NCBI GenBank assembly: GCA_963801355.1
Contig: CAWDEM010000008.1
Location: forward strand, 128,001-192,000
Direction of reading: 5' to 3'
Source of the DNA: Ignavibacteriota bacterium
Lineage (GTDB): Bacteria; Bacteroidota; Ignavibacteria; UBA10030; UBA6906
Length of the DNA stretch: 64,000 bases
Shown: one piece after another, positions 59,446 to 64,000 of the stretch
Layout: the number at the start of each line of letters is the position of its first letter
Numbering within the stretch: the stretch's first letter is position 1
Translations under genes and position numbers: made by a program
Notes under the pieces: generated by a model
What the model was told of the DNA's origin: nothing
The model's input: only the letters and a program-made list of their open reading frames with translations
The model's database searches: none

Positions 59446-62400
59446 ATGGGCACAATGCGCCGATTGACAATTCCCCTGGTACTGATCCTCGCAGTCTGCT
59501 CTCTTGCCAACGCCCAGGTGTTGTGGCGTTCTGTCGCAAGCGGCAACTGGGGGGCCATCACAACCTGGGAGTATTCCACCGATTGGGGGGGGACGTGGGG
59601 AGTTCCTCCTGCGGCTCCAGCCACGCGTGATACAGCCAGTGGGTTTATCATCAATACCGGTCACACGGTGGTCGTGGAAGCAAGTCCGAAGTACTGCGGC
59701 GATCTGTTGGTCAAAGCAGGTGGAGTTCTCACGACGAACGTCAAGCAGCCCACAAGTGACATCCGTTACATCCGCATCAAGGGGACTCAGTTGACGGTGG
59801 ACGGAGTCTTTGGATTTGCAGTCGATCCGTCCGACAGTGCGGATGTGCTCAGCCTGCAGGTATACGGTCCGAACCAGACGCTGGTTATCAAGGGTTCGGG
59901 CACGATAAACATCTGTCGCATCCGTCCACATACAGGAGCCGGGAGAACGAATATCGGAGTGGAATTCGAGACCAACGCGACGATCACCTATATCGGATCG
60001 ACCGGCACAGGTGGCGCGGGTATCTACTCTGCTAATGATGCAAACAATGACAATATCACATTCGCTGTGAATCCGGGGCGGACGGTCACGATGGTTGACG
60101 GTTGCAACCTCGCGACCAGTTCGAGCACATCGACTGACGGCACTGCCAGCACAACATTCAACATTGGCGGTACAGTGAACATGCTCGGCGGAAACTTGAA
60201 CCTCCGCGGTGCTGCCGGGAAGAACATAGTGCTGAACGTTACCGGCACGCTGAATGTCGGCGGGAGCGTCTATCCCACCGGCACGACAGGCGTGACGAGC
60301 ACGATGAATGTTTCGGGTACAATGAATACCGGTACCCTCGGAAAAGGGACGCTGTACTTTGACGCCCCGGCGCAGCTTGTAACCGGAGCAGGCACCTTCA
60401 CGGTAGGCCAAGGTGCGACGTTCCGGACGGGTTTGCCTCAGGGTCTTCCTGCCTCGGGCGGCCAGATCCGGACCAACACCGTGACATTCAGTCCGGGTGC
60501 CAACTATGCCTACGTCGGGACCGCTGCGCAAACAACGGGCGCACTTCTTCCCGTACATGTCAGAGGGCTCGCGGTTGCCAACGCGGCCGGCGTAACGCTC
60601 TCGAAGAGCACCCTTGTGGATTCCACACTCACGTTGACGAGTGGCGCTCTCCTCACCGGAGCTGACACACTGGCTGTCGGACCCGGAGGAGAAGTCGAGC
60701 GGACAAGCGGGTATGTTGATGGCAATCTCGCAAAGCCCACTCCCGGCGGCGCCACGACTTTTGAAGTCGGAGCGGCCGGCGGGTATTCGCCGGTCGTTGT
60801 CAACGTGACATCCGGTTCCGGATATGCCGCGGTGAAAGCGGTCAATGGCAGCCATCCGAACCTCATCAACAGCGCGCTAGCATTGAAGCGCTACTGGAAG
60901 CTAGCGAATATGGGGATCACGTCGGCTGATCTGACTTTTGCCTATCCCGCGGCGGATGTGCAGGGAACCGAGACTGCATATGTCGGTGCGCGGAATACGA
61001 CAGGCAAGGAGTGGAGCAAATATACCACGACAGTCGACGCCGTGGCGCACACCGCAACGGTGACCGGCGCCACAGTCGCATCAGACTGGACGCTCGGGGA
61101 ACCGCGTGCGTTCTCGCCGTTTGACGATCCGGCTGCCTTGATCGTCCCCAATGCGCTCAGGCCAATGACACTTGACGGGAAGCTCGACGAGTCGGAGTGG
61201 GCTTCGGCGCCGACGTTGCTCTTTGGCAACGGCGCCTACCTGAAGAAGGGGATGGGAGAGCAGACGGTGACCGGAGGTTTCGACATCAAGGCCACCTACG
61301 ACTACTGGGATCAGGGTGTGTTCTACGGCACCTTCCATCGGCCGAACACTGACAGTTCTCTTGCAAAGGTGAAGTTCCTGCGCAAGGGTGTGAACCTGTA
61401 CATCGGCATACAGTCGGACGACAAGAGTATCTGCAAGTTCGACTGGGAAGGCGACGGACTGTTCGTCAAAATCAAGCGGTCGAACGGAAACGATCTGGAA
61501 TACAAGCTGTACTACCAGAACATCGGCACCGCGGCCGACACGATCCGGTACGAAGGCCCCGGAGGGTTGACCAACTTTGGCGACGGAGCGGGGTATCTCA
61601 TGACCGGCTCCACAGCCAACGACACGACGAATGTGGACAATGGATACTCAGCCGAGTTGATGATCAAGTTGGATTCGCTCGGCTACACCGCCACGCTTGA
61701 CACGGTGAAGCTGTCGATGGCGGTGTTCGATCCTGACGGGTACCAGCACCCGATGAACTCCTACGACACGACGGCGGGATCATACTACAAGTCGTGGTGG
61801 GGGAGTGAATGGGGTGGAGTCTACCGCTCGCTCCTCTTCTCACCGGAGCCGGTGAAGTTCGATGACCCGCCGGGTATTGCGGTGCAGAATGCTTTGCGCG
61901 CAATGACGGTGGACGGCAAACTTGATGAGTCGGAGTGGGCCACCGCTCCCACACTCGCCTTTGGCAACGGTGCCTTCGTGAAGAAGGCTGCCGGCCAGAA
62001 GACGGTGACCGGGGAATTCGACATCAAAGCCACGTACGACTACTACGACCAGGGCAAGTTCTACGGCACGTTCCATCTGCCGAACACGGATAGTTCTCTT
62101 GCGACGGTGAAGTTCCTGCGCAAGGGTGTGAACCTGTACATCGGCATACAGTCGAACGACAAGAGTATCTGCAAGTTCGACTGGGAAGGCGACGGACTGT
62201 TCGTGAAAATCAAACGGTCGAACGGGACCGATCTGGAATATAAGCTGTATTACCAGAACATCGGGACCGCGGCCGACACGATCCGGTACGAACCACCCGC
62301 AGCGAACTACGGTGAAGGGGCAGGCTATCTCTTCGCCGGTTCGAAGGTTAATGACACGACGGGCGTGGACAAAGGCTACTCAGCCGAGTTGATGATCAGG

Positions 62401-63633
62401 CTCGACTCGCTCGGGTACAAGGCCACGCTCGACACGGTGAAGCTGTCGATGGCGGTGTTTGATCCTGACGGGTACCAGCACCCGATGAACTCCTACGACA
62501 CGACGGCGGGATCGTACTTCAAGTCGTGGTGGGGGAGTGAATGGGGCGGAGTCTACCGGTCGCTGACGTTCTCGACGGAGCCTGTGAAGTTTGACGACCC
62601 CGATACCGTATTCGCGCCTACCGCCACCGGGACAATTACGGTTGACGGTGTGTTGGACGAGGCAGACTGGGCAAGAAGGTCTACACATCTGCTCTTCGGC
62701 AACGGTGCCTTCCTGAAGAAGGCATCCGGCCAGAATACGGTGACCGGAGAATTCGACATTAAAGCCACGTACGACTACTGGGATCAGGGTGTGTTCTACG
62801 GCACATTCCATCGGCCGAACACGGATAGTTCACTTGCAACGGTGAAGTTCCTGCGCAAGGGAGCAAACCTGTATATCGGCATCCAATCGGACGACAAGAG
62901 TATCTGCAAGTTCGACTGGGAAGGCGACGGGATGTTCCTGAAGATCAGGCGCGCGAACGGGACCGATGTAGAGTTCAAGCTGTACTACCAGAACACCGGT
63001 ACAGCGGCCGACACAATCCGGTACGAGCCACCCGCGGCCAATTACGGTCTGGGAGCGGGCAAGCTCGCTTCGGGTTCGAAAGCAAACGACACGACGGGTG
63101 TGGACAACGGGTACACGGCAGAATTGATGGTTAAGCTGGATTCTCTAGGCTATCTGCCGACGGCGCGTAACGTCCAGCTGTCGATGGCGGTGTTTGACCC
63201 CGACGGGTACCAGCACCCGATGAACTCCTACGACACGACGGCAGGATCGTACTACAAGTCGTGGTGGGGAAGCGAGTGGGGTGGGGTGTGGCGCGTCGTT
63301 TCCTTCGACAACCTCCTGGGAGTTGAGGGCGAACCGGGTGTCATTCCGCAGGTGTACGCTCTGCACCAGAACTTCCCGAATCCATTTAATCCCAGCACGC
63401 GAATTCGCTTTGACGTGCCGGCGGCGAGCACGGTCCGCATTGCCGTCTTCGACGTCACCGGCCGTGAAGTGGCATCGTTGGTGCAGGGGGATTATGCTCC
63501 CGGCACGTACACAACGACATTTGACGCCAGCAGGCTCGCGAGCGGCGTGTACTTCTACAGGATGATGGCATTCGGTGTGGAAGGTGGCGGTGCTGCCTTC
63601 GTCACTACGAACAAGTTGGTGCTTTTGAAATAG
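59446..63633 (+). CDS. Large secreted T9SS cargo protein with three tandem CBM9/DOMON-like modules
   Basis: Signal peptide, Gly/Thr-rich beta region, three xDGxLDExxW modules of about 245 aa, LHQNFPNPFNPST..LASGVYFY..KLVLLK. Confidence 0.85.
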   Translation: MGTMRRLTIPLVLILAVCSLANAQVLWRSVASGNWGAITTWEYSTDWGGTWGVPPAAPATRDTASGFIINTGHTVVVEASPKYCGDLLVKAGGVLTTNVKQPTSDIRYIRIKGTQLTVDGVFGFAVDPSDSADVLSLQVYGPNQTLVIKGSGTINICRIRPHTGAGRTNIGVEFETNATITYIGSTGTGGAGIYSANDANNDNITFAVNPGRTVTMVDGCNLATSSSTSTDGTASTTFNIGGTVNMLGGNLNLRGAAGKNIVLNVTGTLNVGGSVYPTGTTGVTSTMNVSGTMNTGTLGKGTLYFDAPAQLVTGAGTFTVGQGATFRTGLPQGLPASGGQIRTNTVTFSPGANYAYVGTAAQTTGALLPVHVRGLAVANAAGVTLSKSTLVDSTLTLTSGALLTGADTLAVGPGGEVERTSGYVDGNLAKPTPGGATTFEVGAAGGYSPVVVNVTSGSGYAAVKAVNGSHPNLINSALALKRYWKLANMGITSADLTFAYPAADVQGTETAYVGARNTTGKEWSKYTTTVDAVAHTATVTGATVASDWTLGEPRAFSPFDDPAALIVPNALRPMTLDGKLDESEWASAPTLLFGNGAYLKKGMGEQTVTGGFDIKATYDYWDQGVFYGTFHRPNTDSSLAKVKFLRKGVNLYIGIQSDDKSICKFDWEGDGLFVKIKRSNGNDLEYKLYYQNIGTAADTIRYEGPGGLTNFGDGAGYLMTGSTANDTTNVDNGYSAELMIKLDSLGYTATLDTVKLSMAVFDPDGYQHPMNSYDTTAGSYYKSWWGSEWGGVYRSLLFSPEPVKFDDPPGIAVQNALRAMTVDGKLDESEWATAPTLAFGNGAFVKKAAGQKTVTGEFDIKATYDYYDQGKFYGTFHLPNTDSSLATVKFLRKGVNLYIGIQSNDKSICKFDWEGDGLFVKIKRSNGTDLEYKLYYQNIGTAADTIRYEPPAANYGEGAGYLFAGSKVNDTTGVDKGYSAELMIRLDSLGYKATLDTVKLSMAVFDPDGYQHPMNSYDTTAGSYFKSWWGSEWGGVYRSLTFSTEPVKFDDPDTVFAPTATGTITVDGVLDEADWARRSTHLLFGNGAFLKKASGQNTVTGEFDIKATYDYWDQGVFYGTFHRPNTDSSLATVKFLRKGANLYIGIQSDDKSICKFDWEGDGMFLKIRRANGTDVEFKLYYQNTGTAADTIRYEPPAANYGLGAGKLASGSKANDTTGVDNGYTAELMVKLDSLGYLPTARNVQLSMAVFDPDGYQHPMNSYDTTAGSYYKSWWGSEWGGVWRVVSFDNLLGVEGEPGVIPQVYALHQNFPNPFNPSTRIRFDVPAASTVRIAVFDVTGREVASLVQGDYAPGTYTTTFDASRLASGVYFYRMMAFGVEGGGAAFVTTNKLVLLK
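61120..63310 (+). repeat. Three intragenic direct repeats of about 735 bp
   Basis: Units start at the FDDP codons at 61120, 61858 and 62590; long near-identical nucleotide stretches such as GACAAGAGTATCTGCAAGTTCGACTGGGAAGGCGACGG. Confidence 0.95.
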
Positions 63634-63655
63634 TTGAATTGATGCAGACGAAGAG

Positions 63656-63690
63656 GTGGGGCTTTCTTTCATGACGGAAGAAAGCCCCAC
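63656..63690 (+). terminator. Stable hairpin between the secreted-protein gene and the LacI-family gene
   Basis: GTGGGGCTTTCTT / AAGAAAGCCCCAC 13-bp stem; no U-tract. Confidence 0.5.
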
Positions 63691-63737
63691 TCTGCTGCCC
63701 GGAGGAGTTTCCAGACTTCGTAGAGGCACACCCGGCC

Positions 63738-64000
63738 GTGACCACAATCAAAGAAGTAGCCAGGAAGGCAGGCGTTTCGATTGCCACAGTTTCCCGCGTG
63801 TTGAACAACGTGGGAGCGGTGGATGAACGGACACGGGCGCTTGTGTCAAAGACCGTGGTGGAACTTCGGTACGTCCCCAATCCACTGGGGCGCGGTCTGA
63901 GCAGGCAAAAAACGGAAGCCATCGGTTTGCTGCTCCCCGATCTGTTCGGCGAGTTCTTCTCGGAAGTGATTCGCGGGGCTGACCAGACGGCGCAGCTCCA
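63738..64000 (+). CDS. LacI family transcriptional regulator (partial, runs off window)
   Basis: GTG start; TTIKEVARKAGVSIATVSRVLN..LRYVPNPLGRGLSRQKTEAIGLLLPD; absent from the ORF track. Confidence 0.92.
   Translation, partial: MTTIKEVARKAGVSIATVSRVLNNVGAVDERTRALVSKTVVELRYVPNPLGRGLSRQKTEAIGLLLPDLFGEFFSEVIRGADQTAQL

Noticed and set aside
61120-63310. Repeats as DGR template/variable regions
   Set aside because: All copies are in-frame coding, differences are not adenine-specific, and no reverse transcriptase is in the window

Overview
Gene-dense, GC-rich bacterial chromosomal segment. Several T9SS C-terminal sorting domains, PorV/PorQ-like barrels, an S46 peptidase, Shine-Dalgarno sites and TTGACA-N17-TATATT promoters point to an Ignavibacteria/Kryptonia-like member of the FCB group (inference). 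1-21 kb is mostly housekeeping: der, CoA-disulfide reductase-like, upp, relA/spoT, ruvX, mtgA, cmk-ispH-rpsA, mtaB, truA, comM/yifB, icd-like, dusB and an S46 peptidase. 21-31 kb is a co-directional run of xdhA-xdhB, a PduS-like Fe-S flavoprotein, a PduT-like microcompartment shell protein and two frameshifted peptidases. 31-43 kb holds transport and membrane genes, including two SPFH operons. 43-64 kb is rich in envelope and secreted proteins (T9SS cargo, PorV-like barrels, a pilin-like protein, lipoproteins), followed by arsR-arsM and a probably LacI-controlled large secreted protein with three near-identical modules. No rRNA, tRNA, CRISPR array, transposase or integrase was recognised. The two most unusual signals are (i) xanthine dehydrogenase coupled to a minimal PduS/PduT module with no other shell genes in the window, and (ii) an eight-copy 17-bp tandem array built from the dusB start that forms a chain of ATGA-coupled hexapeptide mini-ORFs. 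All calls come from reading motifs by eye; no database searches were run.
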